Assembly (NCBI RefSeq): GCF_006345805.1
Contig: NC_043013.1
Location: 39,990,001 to 40,054,000, forward strand
Direction: 5' to 3'
Source of the DNA: Octopus sinensis
Taxonomy: Eukaryota
Length of the DNA stretch: 64,000 nucleotides
Each line of letters starts with the position of its first letter. The stretch's first letter is position 1. Both the position numbers and the translations under genes were made by a program. The notes beneath the pieces were generated by a model. The model did no database searches. It was given only the letters and a program-made list of their open reading frames with translations, and was not told the origin of the DNA. Below, piece by piece: positions 1 through 12,632 of the stretch.

Positions 1-244
1 TGAAACAAAGGCGACTGAAGAAGGGGAATTTTCCTTGTTTTGCATGTCCTGTACTCTATTTTTTCGTTGTTTAAGAAAAATGTCCATTTCCTTGGTTTTA
101 TGTTTATGTTTTCGTTTCTCATTGTGTTCGACGTTTTTTTTTTATGTCCTGTACCCATATATGCATGTATATATACATGTAGAGGTAGGTACGTACATAT
201 ATGTATGTATATATGCATATGTTTATTTATTTATTAATTTTTTA

Positions 245-296
245 TGTATGTATATATATATATATTCATATATATATATATATATATCATATATAT

Positions 297-354
<58 letters not shown>

Positions 355-389
355 ATATATATGTATATGTATATATATGTATATATGTA

Positions 390-445
<56 letters not shown>

Positions 446-465
446 TAAGTATATATATATATTAC
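245..465. repeat. (TA)n microsatellite, one of many TA/TATG/TG tracts in the window
   Basis: Direct dinucleotide repeat; accounts for the YI-rich ORFs in the track. Confidence 0.95.
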
Positions 466-581
466 ATATGAATGTATGCACACACACATACGCACGTGCA
501 TATTGCATTACTTTATCGTTCGCACAACAATCGTTTTGGATCCAGTTCTCCTTCAGGTGGAGGCAGGCCGCTGTGTGAACC

Positions 582-612
<31 letters not shown>

Positions 613-661
613 GATAGACAGACAGATTCACGTGTATATATATGTATGGGTATATACATAC

Positions 662-697
<36 letters not shown>

Positions 698-1225
698 ATC
701 TATGTATATAGCTATATCTATATATTTATGCATGTATGTATATATATGTATATATATATATATGCACACACATAAGAGTGTTTATGAAGCTAACTGTAAG
801 TATGTCAGTGAACCGCAATAATCTGTGAATTTGCATTTTGCTAATTCAAACTATGTTGCACAACATCTCCGTTGTACACACATCTAAGAAATGCGTGGCT
901 ATCACGGCATGACGTAACAATCCTGGAAAACAGATATATTTTATGCTTCATAGCCTTCCATTTACATAGCAAAAACAGCATCATTCCACTCTACCTTGTT
1001 TCTAGTAACGCTATTACAACGTCATACCTGACGTCTTTCTTTCATGTCTCTGTCGCGCGAGCGTGTGTGTGCGTGTGTGTGTGTGGCAAGGACGAGAGCG
1101 CAGATGTGATGATGCAGGTAATCGATTCTCTATACGTAATCAAAGGTATCAGTCGATGTGTGATTAGAGTTCTATCGATTTCACGAGGAAGTAGAGCTGT
1201 GACGTTCGTAAATAAAACAAAATAA

Positions 1226-1395
1226 AATGCTTTGCCGTGTTGTTTGATTGCGGCTCTTCATGTTCCGGGTTCAAATCTTGAAAAGGTTGAGTTCACCTCG
1301 TCTTTCGATTGACGTCGATAACATGGCGTATCAGACAAGTATTGGGGTCGAGTTGATCGATTATACACCTAACCTCCCACCAAAATTTGCTGCGA
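1226..1395 (+). mobile_element. Degenerate SINE, family A
   Basis: Diverged match to family A copies elsewhere in the window (GGGTTCAAATC B-box, GGGGTCGA..ATCGA core, AAAATTTGCTG tail). Confidence 0.55.
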
Positions 1396-1403
1396 TGATA
1401 GCA

Positions 1404-1650
1404 ATGTATGTATGTATGTATGTATGTATGTATGTATGTATGTATGTATGTATGTATGTATGTATGTATGTATATGTGTGTGTATGTATGTATGTGTGTA
1501 TGTATGTATGTATGAACGTATGTATGCGCCTGTATGAATGTATGTATGTATGCATGTATGCATGTATCTATGAACGTATGTATGTATGAATGTATGTATG
1601 AATGCATGCATGTATGTATATAAGTATATATGTATGTGTATATATATATT
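1404..1650. repeat. (TATG)n microsatellite
   Basis: Direct tetranucleotide repeat. Confidence 0.95.
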
Positions 1651-1657
1651 TATATAC

Positions 1658-2050
1658 GCGCAGACGTGGCTGCGCGGTAAGTAGCTTGCTTACCAGCAAC
1701 ATGGTTCCGGGTTTAGTCCCACTGCGTGGCACCTATAGTCTTCTGCTATAGCCTCGGGCCGAACAAAGTCTTGTGAGTGGATTTTGTAGACGGAAACTGA
1801 AAGAAGCCCGTCGTATATGTATGTGTGTGTGTGTGTGTGTGTCTGTATGTTTTTTGTCTGTGTTTGTCCTCCCACCATCACTTGACAACCGATGTTGGTG
1901 TGTTTACGACCCTTAACTGAGGGGTACGGCAAAATAGACCGATAGAATAAGTACTAGGCTTACAAAGAATAAGTCCTGGGGCCGATTTGTTCGACTAAAG
2001 GCAGTGCTACATCATGGCCGCAGTCAAATGACTGAACCGAATCGAAGAAT
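1658..2050 (+). mobile_element. tRNA-derived SINE, family B (internal TG tract, CAGTCAAATGACTG tail hairpin)
   Basis: A-box-like TGGCTGCGCGG, B-box-like GGTTTAGTCC, body GTAGACGGAAACTGAAAGAAGCCCGTCG; many further copies in the window. Confidence 0.85.
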
Positions 2051-2253
2051 ATGTGTGTTTGTGTGTATATGTACGTATTAATATATACATATTATACATT
2101 ATGTATCCATATGTATACATACATTTATACGCATACATATATGCATAGATACATACATACATGCACACATATACACACATACATACATATATACACAAAG
2201 ATACGCACATACATACAGAATACATATTTGTGTAATATATATACATATATATT

Positions 2254-2479
2254 CTTTTATTTGTCTCAGTCATTTGACTGCTGCTGCCATGCTGGAGCAC
2301 CGTCTTTTAGTCGAAAAAAGTCAACCCCAGGACTTATACTTTGTAAGCCTAGTACTTATTCTATCGATCGCTTTTGCCGAATCGCTATGTCATGGGGATG
2401 TAGAAACGCCAAAATCGGTTGCCAAGCGATGGTGGGGGGACAATCACAGACACACAAACATATACACATATATATATAT

Positions 2480-2547
<68 letters not shown>

Positions 2548-2708
2548 GACGGGCTTCTTTCAGTTTCCGTCTACCAAATCCACTGACAAGACTTTGGTCG
2601 GCACGAGACTATAGTAGAAAACACTTGCCCAAGGTGTCACGTAGTGGGACTGAACCCGGAACCATGTGGTTGGTAAAGCAAGCTACTTACCACACAGCCA
2701 TTCCTGCG

Positions 2709-2710
<2 letters not shown>
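2254..2710 (-). mobile_element. SINE family B, full length
   Basis: Reverse-complement match to 1658-2050, with CORE/V-like CCTTGGGCAAGTG after the B-box. Confidence 0.85.
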
Positions 2711-2790
<80 letters not shown>

Positions 2791-2914
2791 GATGTATGTA
2801 TGTATATATATATATGTTTGTATGCGTGTATCCGTGTGTGTATATGTATGTATGTATATTCCACCCAGTTTCAGTTTCCCTCAAGCAAATTCACTCACAA
2901 GTCATGCCGATGAC

Positions 2915-2998
2915 CATAAAAAAACTCTTGCCCAGTCAGGGAACTGAACCCAAAACCTTGTGGTTAGAAAACAAGCTTCTTAACCACACAGCCATACT
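2915..2998 (-). mobile_element. SINE family B head fragment
   Basis: Minus strand reads TGGCTGTGTGGTTAAGAAGCTTG...GGTTCAGTTCC. Confidence 0.6.
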
Positions 2999-4908
2999 CA
3001 TTCTGATATTTATGCTTATATCTAAATTTTTACTTATTTTCTTCTCATCAAGATAACTAATCAGTATCATATTGGCCCCAGGATCTGTTTTCTTTGTTTT
3101 TCTGTCTAGTATTCGTGTTTCTAATATACAAGGCAATTCAAAAGTTCTTTTACTGTTAACATAATCCTGCTGTGGCTGGTTTAGATGCTGAGTTTCTTAA
3201 AATTCCCCTCATCTCATCTTCTTTCTATCCCGGTCACACATTTTTCATCTCTTCGCTAAAGCCTTGACTCACCTCCATACCGACCACCTACCCCTCAGTT
3301 TCACTGACTAACACGGCTCCGGGGTTCCAGGATAATTGTTCTACAACCTTGCTGGTCTTACTTCCAGCTGCTCGGAACATCTCGGTCTGGTAAATTAGTT
3401 ATACCAAACAATTGGTCAGGATTACAGTTGTATTGCGTCGTTCTTGAGAACAAGAAATATTTTCTAAAATATAACGTGTAACTGTATGTACACACACACA
3501 CATACACACACACACATATATGTATATACATATGTATGAGTGTGTCTACATATATATAGACATATGTATGTGTGTGTATATATAAATATATATATATGTA
3601 TATATATGTATATATATATGTATATATATATGAATAAATATATGTGTGTATATATATGTGTATATATATATATGTATACATATATAAGGTATCATATATC
3701 ATATATATCATATATAATATATATGTGTATATATACATATATATATAGAGAGAGAGAGAGAGGGTAGATAAATAGATACATACATACATATCTCCATGCA
3801 TATATATCCATATATATATGTGTGTGTGTGATTATGAATGTATGCATGCATGCATGCATGTATGTATGTATGCATGCATGCATGTATGTATGTATGTATG
3901 TATGTATGTATGCATGTATGTATGCATGTATGTATGCATGTATGTATGTATGTATGCATGTATGCATGTATGTTTGTATGTATGTATGTATGTATGTATG
4001 CATGTATGCATGTATGTTTGTATGTATGTATGTATGTATGTGTACACATGAGGAAAACATTCATGAATGTGTTTTTGAGTGTGTGTGTGTGTGTGTGTAT
4101 GTGTGTGTGTGGTGATCCCCGCCATTTTATTGATACCTGCCTGATCTATTCCCCGCTCTAATCAGCATCGACGAACACAGATACCAACTAACGATGAAGT
4201 CTCCCAATCATGGATAAGAAACGCCTTCGACTGACACCCAAATATTTGCCTACGTCCAAATTTAACCGAGGCAATGAAGGTATTCCCTAAAACGCTATAT
4301 GGTAATTTTTAATAAAAAAACTGTAAAGGCAAATGAAAACTATTTAAAACTGAAACGAAAATAACACATTTTAATATCAGCTGCTTTCAATCGTCCAAAA
4401 CAAAAATATTTTTAATGCATTCTTGCAGTTGTAATTCGAACAACGCAGTTTATATTTTTGGCTAGATATATGCACATATATTAACTTGTTGCATGTATTT
4501 GACATGCAGTTTCGGCACGTGTGCGGCACGTGCAAGTAATCTATGTATAAATAATGCACACTGCTAAATAAACCTCCAATCACCACCGCCGCCGCCGCCG
4601 CCACCGCCACCATATTTTGGATAAATTTGGAGAGAACAACAGTTATAGTTAAATGTGCGGCAAAACTATGACACTCTAATGTGCTTATTGGTTGACTGTC
4701 GTATAACAGGATTCGAGGGTGAATATTGACTTGCGGAAGAGGAATGGTTGTGATTCGAAACCGCAAGATATTTTAGTTTCTATCTGATTAGCATATAAAT
4801 TGAAAGCTTCTCATTTCTGCAACTATAATTATCCTGTTAATTAATGCAGACATTATTATATTTCGATTAACATCTCTACGTGCGAACACGTGCATACCTA
4901 TGATTTTG

Positions 4909-5232
4909 TGGCACTCCGTTGATGACGATAACTAAGATTCTAGTCGATCCGGTCAACGGAACAGCTTGCTCGTGAAATTAACGTGCATGTGGCTGAGCAC
5001 TCCACAGATACGTACACCCTTAACGTAGATCTCGAGGAGATCCAGCGTGACACAGAATATGACAAGGCTGGCCCTTTGAAATACAGGTACTACTCAATTT
5101 TGTCAGCTGAGTGAACTGGAGTAACATGAGATAAAGTGTCTTGCTCAAGGACACCACGCGTGGCCGGGAATTGAACTCACGGTCTTGCTATTATGAGCCG
5201 TATACCCTAACCACTAAGCCACGCGCCTTCAC
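4909..5232 (-). mobile_element. tRNA-derived SINE, family C1 (RTE-type tail)
   Basis: Minus-strand head GGCGCGTGGCTTAGTGGTTAGGG..GAGTTCAATTCC, then GTGTCCTTGAGCAAGACACTT core; homologous to 37520-37846. Confidence 0.85.
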
Positions 5233-5511
5233 TTATGATATGCCTCACTTGTTCAATTCATGTGCAATGAACCTATTGGACTAAATTTTGATTTTCCCCG
5301 TCCCTGCTTGAAGGAGTTATTTGACCGGCTAAATAAAAGCAACTAAATCTCCCTACAGTCCTTAAAAGAGTTTACACCCTACAGTCTTAAAAAGAGTAAA
5401 TGTAGATACAGCGTTTGGAAATAGGGGGTGTGATGGTCACTGATGAAAGCCTTCGGATCATAAATTTGCTTCATCAAGACTAACAAGGAGATAAACAATT
5501 TAAAAACCACA

Positions 5512-5710
5512 GGCACTCCGTCGGTTACGACGGGGAGGGTTTCAAGATGCAAGCGGCTGAACACTCTACAGACACGCGTATCCTTCACCTAGTTCTCGAG
5601 GAGATTCAACTTGACACAGAATATAAAGCTGGCCCTTTGAATTAAGGTACAACTCATTTTTGCCAACTGAATGAAGTGGAGCAATGTAAAGTATAGTGAC
5701 TTGTTCAAAG
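5512..5710 (-). mobile_element. SINE family C, headless with internal deletion
   Basis: GGCACTCCGTCGGTTACGACG tail and GCTGGCCCTTTGAA body. Confidence 0.7.
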
Positions 5711-5712
5711 CC

Positions 5713-6586
5713 TCACTGAGTTCGAAAAAGTACAAATTGTTGGAGCTCAAATGACAGGAGCGTCCGTCACCAGAACAGCTGAACCCCTTGGTTTTTCGAG
5801 AGCTACCGTATCAAGGATCATGACTGAATTTGAGAAGCAGAGCAAAACCTCCAGCAGGAGGAGTAATTCCGACAGGACTTCGAATCTCACTGAAAGAGAC
5901 CGACGAGAGTTGAATCGCATTGTAATGAAAAATCACCGAACAACTGCCCCGAAAGTGACTGCAGAGTTGAATCAACTAGCCCAGTTTCGATCAAAACTGT
6001 TCGCTGTTAGCTCAATAAAGTTGGATATCGTGGAAAAGCTGCCATTAGGAAACTTCTGCTTTCTCGTCAAAACATTCAGAAAAGGCTGAACTGGGGTAGA
6101 GATCACAAGGGCTGGTCGACTAACCAATGGAAGAAAGTCATATTCTCCTACGAGTCCAGTTTTTTCTCTTTCCCCATTGCAGGGCGAGTTTATGTATGGA
6201 GGCAACCACGAGAAGCTTTTAATCCTAACTGCCGTCTTCCTACAGAGAGCACTGAGGAGAGTCTGTGACGGATGATTAAGCAGTCATTTCTTGAAATTCT
6301 CTTGGTCCAGTCGTTGCCCTGCATGGTAGGATCAACAGCAATGATTACCTGAATATTTGGGGAAATCAAGTCCTTCCCATGGTCCAGGCATTATTCCCTG
6401 GTGGTGAGTGCAGCTTCCAAGATGACAATGCTCCAATACACATCTCTCGTGTGGTTAAGAATTGATATGAAGAGCATCGTTGTGAATTACAACACATGGA
6501 GTGCCCCGCTCAATCTCCAGATTTTAATATTATTGAGCATCTGTGGTGCATCTTGGAGCGACAAGTTAAAAGTCGTTATCTTCCAC
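5713..6586 (+). pseudogene. Tc1-like (DD34E) transposase remnant, frameshifted
   Basis: LTEFEKVQIVGAQMTGASVTRTAEPLGFSRATVSRIM HTH; WKKVIFSYES; FQDDNAPIH; QSPDFNIIEHLW catalytic motifs in shifting frames. Confidence 0.85.
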
Positions 6587-6736
6587 ATAATAATAATAAA
6601 CATATTGCGTAAGGTACTGTCTGTCTGGGGTCCTTTTTGTGACTTGACGAACAGTACAAACCCCGGTAGACACAATATCTTCAGTCAGCAACCTCACGAT
6701 ACTGTATACTATGCGACGTCTATAATAATAATAATA

Positions 6737-7097
6737 ATCCTTTCTACTATAGGCACAAGGCCTGAAAGTTTGGGGGAGGGTCTAGTCGATTACATCCCAA
6801 AAGGATGAAAGGCAAAGTCGACCTCGGCGAAATTTGAACACAGAACATAGCGGCAGACGAAATACCTATTTCTTTACTACCCACAAAGGGCTAAACACAG
6901 AAGGGACAAACAAGGACAGACAAACGGATTAAGTCGATTACATCGATCCCAGTACGTAACTGGTAGTTATTTAATCGACCCCGAAAGGCTGAAAAGCAAA
7001 GTCGACCTCGGCGGAATTTGAACTCAGAACGTAACGGCAGACAAAATACGGCTACGCATTTCGCCCGGCGTGCTAACGATTCTGCCAGCTCGCCGCC
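6737..7097 (-). mobile_element. SINE family A tandem/nested pair (Tx1-tail unit joined to a headless ATT-tail unit)
   Basis: Two A-family units; junction AATACC|TATTTCTTTACTACCCAC at 6866/6867. Confidence 0.85.
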
Positions 7098-7650
7098 ATA
7101 ATCTAACATAAATTTTCAATAGAATATTTATAGATCTCTTTAAAAAAATACGAAGTTTGTATCATAAAATCGAGTACTGTTTCAGATTGGCTAGTATTAT
7201 ATAGATTAATAGTCAGGAAATATATAATCTTAACTAGAATTGATCGCATATATTTAGACATATACTTAAATCCTTAATTAACTAATGTTATTGCTGGATC
7301 TTCTGATAAAGAAATTGATTTAGATAAGTTCTATGATGTTTCTCATTTTCCAATGAGATTCGTTTCTTAATGTTGTGGTTGCTTTTCTTTAATTCTAGAT
7401 CAGCTCTGACTTATCAAAAGATATTCTGCTCATTAACATCCTATCTTTCTTATCGTTATTCCGTGTGTTCTTCCTGCTTTAAGACAGTACGATGTTGAGG
7501 AATATTTAACTGTTGTTTCAAGCATGTCTAGCAGCCACCTGGAGAAAGACCTCTGGAGTAGATGTAATCGACTAGCCCCTCCCCAAAAATGTCTTGCCTT
7601 ATGCCTATAGTAGGAAGATTATTGTTGTTGTTGTTGTTCGTGTTTTTGTG

Positions 7651-7683
7651 CTTCTTCTCTTCCTCCTCTTCTTCTTCTTTTTT

Positions 7684-7722
<39 letters not shown>

Positions 7723-8086
7723 TTCTTCTCCTTCTTCTTCCCCTACTTCTTCCTCTTCCTCATCTTCTCCCTCCTATTCTACTTCCCCTTCTTTTTCTTC
7801 TTCTTCTTCTTTTTCTTCTTCTCTCCCAGTACTTCTTCCCCTTCTTTTCTTCCACTTCTTCTCTTCCTCCTCTTCTTTTTCCCCTTCTTCTTCTTTTTGT
7901 TCGTCTCCTCCCTCTCCCTCATCTTCTTCTTCCTCTTCTTCCCCTTCTTATTCTTCTTTTTCTTCTTCTCTCCCAGCACTTCTTCCCCTTCTTTTCTTCC
8001 ACTTCTTCTCTTCCTCCTCTTCTTTTTCCCCTTCTTCTTCTTTTTGTTCGTCTCCTCCTTCTTCCTCTTCTTCTTCTTCTTCTTCT
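7651..8086. repeat. (TTC/TCC)n pyrimidine tract with an internal ~100-bp direct duplication
   Basis: CTCTCCCAG(T/C)ACTTCTTCCCC...TTTGTTCGTCTCCTCC occurs at ~7820-7911 and ~7968-8058. Confidence 0.9.
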
Positions 8087-8087
8087 T

Positions 8088-8310
8088 AAGGCGGCAAGCT
8101 GACAGAATCGTTGAAGTGTCAGAAAGAATGTTTTGCGGTATTTTTTCCAGCCCTTAGCATACTGAGTTCAAATCCCTCCGATGTCAACTTTGCCTTTCAT
8201 CTTTCGTGGTCGATAAAATAAGTACCATTCACTTATAAGGGACGATGCTATCAATTAACCGCCACCCCTAAAATTGCTGGCCTTGTGCAAAAATTTGAAA
8301 CTATTATTAT
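8088..8310 (+). mobile_element. SINE family A, AAATTGCTGGCCTTGTG...(TAT)n tail variant
   Basis: GGCGGCAAGCTGACAGAATCGTT head, GAGTTCAAATCC B-box. Confidence 0.8.
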
Positions 8311-9329
8311 TGCTGTTGTCGCTGTTGTTTAACCTCAGATCAGCCCAAACTTATAACCAAAGGCGTAATAGTTGTGACTGTTCGCTCATCTTGTTATAGT
8401 CGATCGATTAATTAGCAAATGCATCCAAAATTTGCTCAAATCACTCGCAGACATCTTAAAAAGTGCACATTGGATAATGTATTCTGAATTACATCGTTTC
8501 TGAAAAAATTATGAGGTAACCAAGTCTGGAACGAATTTAATATTTGTTCGATCTAGGTCTGGTTAATCAACAACGTAAATTATCGATTATGATATATAAA
8601 TGCAGTGGCCATTCAAACTTTTGAGTATACCGCGTAGTAAAATTTAGTTTGAAAATAAACACTGCTAGCACATCGGTTTTTTTTACATAAAAATAACTAA
8701 CAGCCAAAAGCGTTTCAAATATTCAAGTCTACCAACTAAGCTTAATTATATCCAAATATTATTTCAAAGAGTTAGTTTAAATAGGATAAACGCCTGCTGA
8801 TGAAATTATAATGATATTTGAAATGGCTGCGTAATCAAATCTTGTTTTATTACCCACAGAGAAGTTGAAGAAAGCATGACATTATAACTACTTCATATAT
8901 CTAATCAAATTAATTTATAGATGCAGTAAAGGTTAATAAGTAACATGGTAAGGTTTAATATTACTAACCAATGACATTCTAACTTATTTCCAGAGATTCG
9001 GTTACGCTACGCAATATATCCATCAGTTTGTTTTTAGTTTTGTCTTTTTTTTTCAGTCTTTTTTTTTTAAAGACAGAGTATGAATTGAGTGAAATTTACT
9101 TATTATTTCTAGCAGGTCGGTCATCTATGTAGGCTTACTCATTGGAAAATCCATGCGCTGTAACAGATGAAGCTGTGTTGAAATGTTTGTGCGTAAAGTG
9201 TGTCTCTGTCGGTCCGTCTGTATATGCGTGTATGTTTCCGTATACATATATACAGGCATACACGCACGTGCATATAAATGAATATATATATATATATTAA
9301 ATGAATAATTATATATATATATATATATT

Positions 9330-9552
9330 AGAGAGATCAGGAAAGAACCTTTGCCGATATGCTGAATGTAGACGCCAAAGGCGCTAAAAAGCAGTGTAAC
9401 ACCTACAAAACACAATTTACTGTGAGGTTTAATTTAGAATTTTCATTTTCTCTCTTACAACCCATGTTTCGTAGGAGTTATACAGTGGTTTTATATCGCC
9501 TTTGGCGTCTACTTTCAGCATGTTGGAGAAGGTTCTTTCCTGATCCCTTTAA
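9330..9552. mobile_element. Foldback/MITE with ~80-bp inverted arms inside (TA)n
   Basis: 9335-9412 (GATCAGGAAAGAACCTT...GTAGACGCCAAAGGCG...) is the imperfect reverse complement of 9465-9545. Confidence 0.75.
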
Positions 9553-9649
9553 TATAATTATATATATATAATTATTAATTTAGTATATAAATTACCTACA
9601 AGGTTTTATTTCATGCTAGCCATATAATCATTAACATGATTTAATCTTA

Positions 9650-9798
9650 TTCTTTTACAGGGCTTAGAAAAAAATGAAGGATCCACTATACTAAGTTTGC
9701 GAATCTGAGAGGGAAACGTGTTCAATAAAATCATAATTAACTGATCCCCCTGTATTTTATTTTACCCAAAGTCAGGAACTTTACAGCCCCATCTCGTA
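9650..9798 (+). mobile_element. mariner-type 3' end and TIR fragment
   Basis: Homologous to 35690-35892 (..GAATCTGAGAG..AATAAAATCAT..CTGTATTTT..GGAACTTT..CAGC); ends in TA. Confidence 0.6.
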
Positions 9799-10674
9799 TA
9801 TAAACTCCAGTCGTTTTCCTAGCATTGCAGCCAGATCTTCAAATCACGGTGTTCGGTTTTTAAAACTAATGTGTGATATCTTGAGTAAAGAAGTAGTTAA
9901 ATAATTGCCATATCTTGAAAAAAAAAACTGACGGGACCATTACAAGCTAGAGCACCCGTTCATTCAGGTCCAACTCAAGGTTAAACAACAACAATATATT
10001 TGGTACATTAATCTTTTACATAATCAACCAAATTTATGCTAACGGCTTATTTCATTATCAGCCTTTGCTGCGATGTTTTTGTTTTTTTTTTTCAATTAAG
10101 CTAATTATTTTCGCAAAAAATTATTCATAACATTTTCATTATATGCAAAACTGTTTGTCATAGAATCGAAAGATTTGATTAGATTTTACTAAGCTGATGA
10201 TGTCTGACAAGCTGAAACATGTCTATTGTTAGTTATCTTTTACCAACAAATAAAAAAAACACTATATTGGCTTTTCCTTTCCCTAGGCATGTAAATTATC
10301 TCCAAAAGATTAAAATCTTAGTTTCTTCAAGATATCACCTTTTTACTTTGAAAGTTGCTAACAATCAACTTTTCGTGTTTTCTTTCTGCCCTTCCTTTCT
10401 TATAATTCTTAATTATTACCCCACTAATCAAGAAATTTTAATTAACTGAGTCATTTTTTCACGCGCAATGTTGAGTTGATTACATCTAACTTAATTTTTT
10501 GTATTCATATTATTGATAGTTTGACTGGTTATTTATTTATTTATTTTCTTTACTTGTAATAAAGTGGGTCAGTTGACAACTTTATAAAAGATCAGCAACT
10601 GACAAGATTTGAGTCATCTAAACATGAAAAAGAAAGCCTAGTTTTTGAGATGCAGTTTTGATAATGTTAGAAAA

Positions 10675-10705
<31 letters not shown>

Positions 10706-10774
10706 CATACATACATACATACATACATACACATACATGTATGTGTGTGTGTAGTAATATGTAAATAGTTAAGA

Positions 10775-10985
10775 ACCAAGGATCACGGTGTACGAAGTTA
10801 GTAAGCTTCGAACAATCCGTAGAAGGTATTAAAAAAAAAAAATTCAGGAACAATAGTCGTTAATTTGTGTAGAAGGTTATAAATTTTTCCCGTATCGAAG
10901 CTCCTTTAGCTGAAAAGAGTTATTTTATAGTTCACGGTTAGCAACTGGGGCTGCCGTGTATGCGAATAAAATCCAAATACAGAGA
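10775..10985. repeat. Dispersed repeat, second copy at 14705-14905 (possibly Penelope-like remnant)
   Basis: Shared GAAGTTAGTAAGCTTC, ATCCGTAGAAG, CCCGTATCGAAG and TATAGTTCACGGTTAGCAAC blocks. Confidence 0.7.
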
Positions 10986-11020
<35 letters not shown>

Positions 11021-11053
11021 TGTTGTATGTATGTATGTATGTATGTAAATATG

Positions 11054-11084
<31 letters not shown>

Positions 11085-11140
11085 ATGTATATACATGTAT
11101 ATATATATATATATTATATATATATATATATATATAATAT

Positions 11141-11232
<92 letters not shown>

Positions 11233-11246
11233 CATATATACATATA

Positions 11247-12110
11247 CAGTGTGCGGTGAATAAACTGTCGTCTAAATTACCCAAGAATCAAAATAACACT
11301 GACATCTCATTTTAACAGATATAATTACCAAAATTACATAAAAATATCTTGAAATATTGAAGAGTAAATTTATTCAATAAAATCGCCGTTCGCTTCAACC
11401 AGACGACTCCGGAATCTCTTCTGGACGGTCTCCTTGTTTAAGTTGGTGCATGCTGCCATAATCTTTGCCTTCAGTTCATCTTTGGTGTTACAATGAGTTT
11501 TGTTGGTCAATGGCTCAACTGTGCCCCACACATAATAAAGTGGATTGCAGACCGGGAAGTCAGATGGTAAGATGTTAGGGGTGATGTGGTCGCAGAAATT
11601 GTCTGACGGCCATGACTGGGTTCTCCTGCTTGTGTGGCATGGTGCAGAGTACTGTTACCAAATACAGGTTATTCCAGCAGCCAGCCCCTTAACCCAGGCA
11701 GCACTACCTCCTTCTGGTACTTGATGTAGGCCTCTTTGTTGAGTCTGAGGCCGTGTGGGAAGATAAATGGAGGCATAACGTCGCCATCACTAGTGATCAC
11801 ACCAAACATCATGATGTTGACTGGATGTTTGATTTTTATCACTCTCAGTACATGTTTTAGGGCCACAGAAAGTCAACTGTTGTTCTGTATCTTCATAATC
11901 TGTTCGTATAGGAGTTTCCAGCGCGAACGCCAATCAGTACAGCATGTCGTTTCCAAATTTTTAACAGAGTGAATTGCATCATGGTGCTGCTTTTCTCATA
12001 AACGGTGCCAAACTGACCCTACTATGTGTAGTCGACAAAATCAAAAACAAACAATGTGCCTGCCCGAATTTAAAAAATATAAAAATCCGACAATTTACCC
12101 ATCTCACTAT
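11247..12110 (-). mobile_element. Tc1/mariner superfamily, maT-like (DD37D-type) transposon remnant
   Basis: Minus strand KHPVNIMMFGVITSDGDVMPPFIFPHGLRLN, SAPCHTSRRTQSW, CNPLYYVWG, NTKDELKAKI; TA|CAGTG terminus at 11247. Confidence 0.75.
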
Positions 12111-12246
12111 ATTATCCGCTATACCAGAAATCTACAATGGCTCCATAACTACATTCTCGTATATAACCTTGGAGCCCTGGTAATCCCTTACAGCACTTAC
12201 TTAGCGTACCAAGTCGTTAGATCACTTGTGAACTAAACCCCCATAT

Positions 12247-12280
<34 letters not shown>

Positions 12281-12469
12281 AAGTTAACAGATGTGATCCA
12301 GAGATTCTCGGTATAGAAAAAACTCGGTAGCGCTCAGATGATTCGAACTTTAAGAGGGACCAAATCCGAGGGGGTAAAGAATTGCTATTGCTATAAGAGA
12401 TATCAAGGTGAGCTGATAAAGAGGCAATTATGCGGATAAACAATTTAAATATAAACAGCTTAGGTTTGA

Positions 12470-12611
12470 TATACAATATTGGTTTTGTACGTAAGTTCAA
12501 GCTGGATGAAGCCTCGATCTCCCTGAGCTCTGGAAAGGTAAAGATGATCCATGTCTGCCTTTGGATGGTGCATCTTATTACAAGTCAGTAGCTTGCGGAT
12601 TTTTCTATCAA
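12470..12611 (-). mobile_element. R4/Dong-like LINE internal fragment (post-RT region)
   Basis: Minus-strand translation IDRKIRKLLTCNKMHHPKADMDHLYLSRAQGDRGFIQLELTYK, matching the HHPKAD..RLYL.R..GGRGL motif. Confidence 0.7.
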
Positions 12612-12632
12612 TTATTATTATTATTATTATCA

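Noticed and set aside
1-160. Possible Penelope-like terminal fragment (similar T-rich ends at 17642-17800 and 33740-34165)
   Set aside because: No coding motif or complete hammerhead visible, and truncated by the window edge; cannot be classified.
35-4161. Numerous YI/YVCM/HT-rich ORFs here and throughout the window
   Set aside because: Translations of TA, TATG and TG microsatellites; no domain content.
4583-4615. GCCGCCACC Kozak-like string
   Set aside because: Part of a (GCC)n tract and followed by ATA, not ATG; no ORF.
4909-5232. tRNA-like A/B boxes as tRNA genes (also in other SINE heads)
   Set aside because: They continue into SINE bodies and are multi-copy and diverged; no complete cloverleaf evident.
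8790-8835. CTGATGA...GAAA hammerhead-like motif
   Set aside because: A stem II is possible, but there is no proper stem III/UH or convincing stem I.
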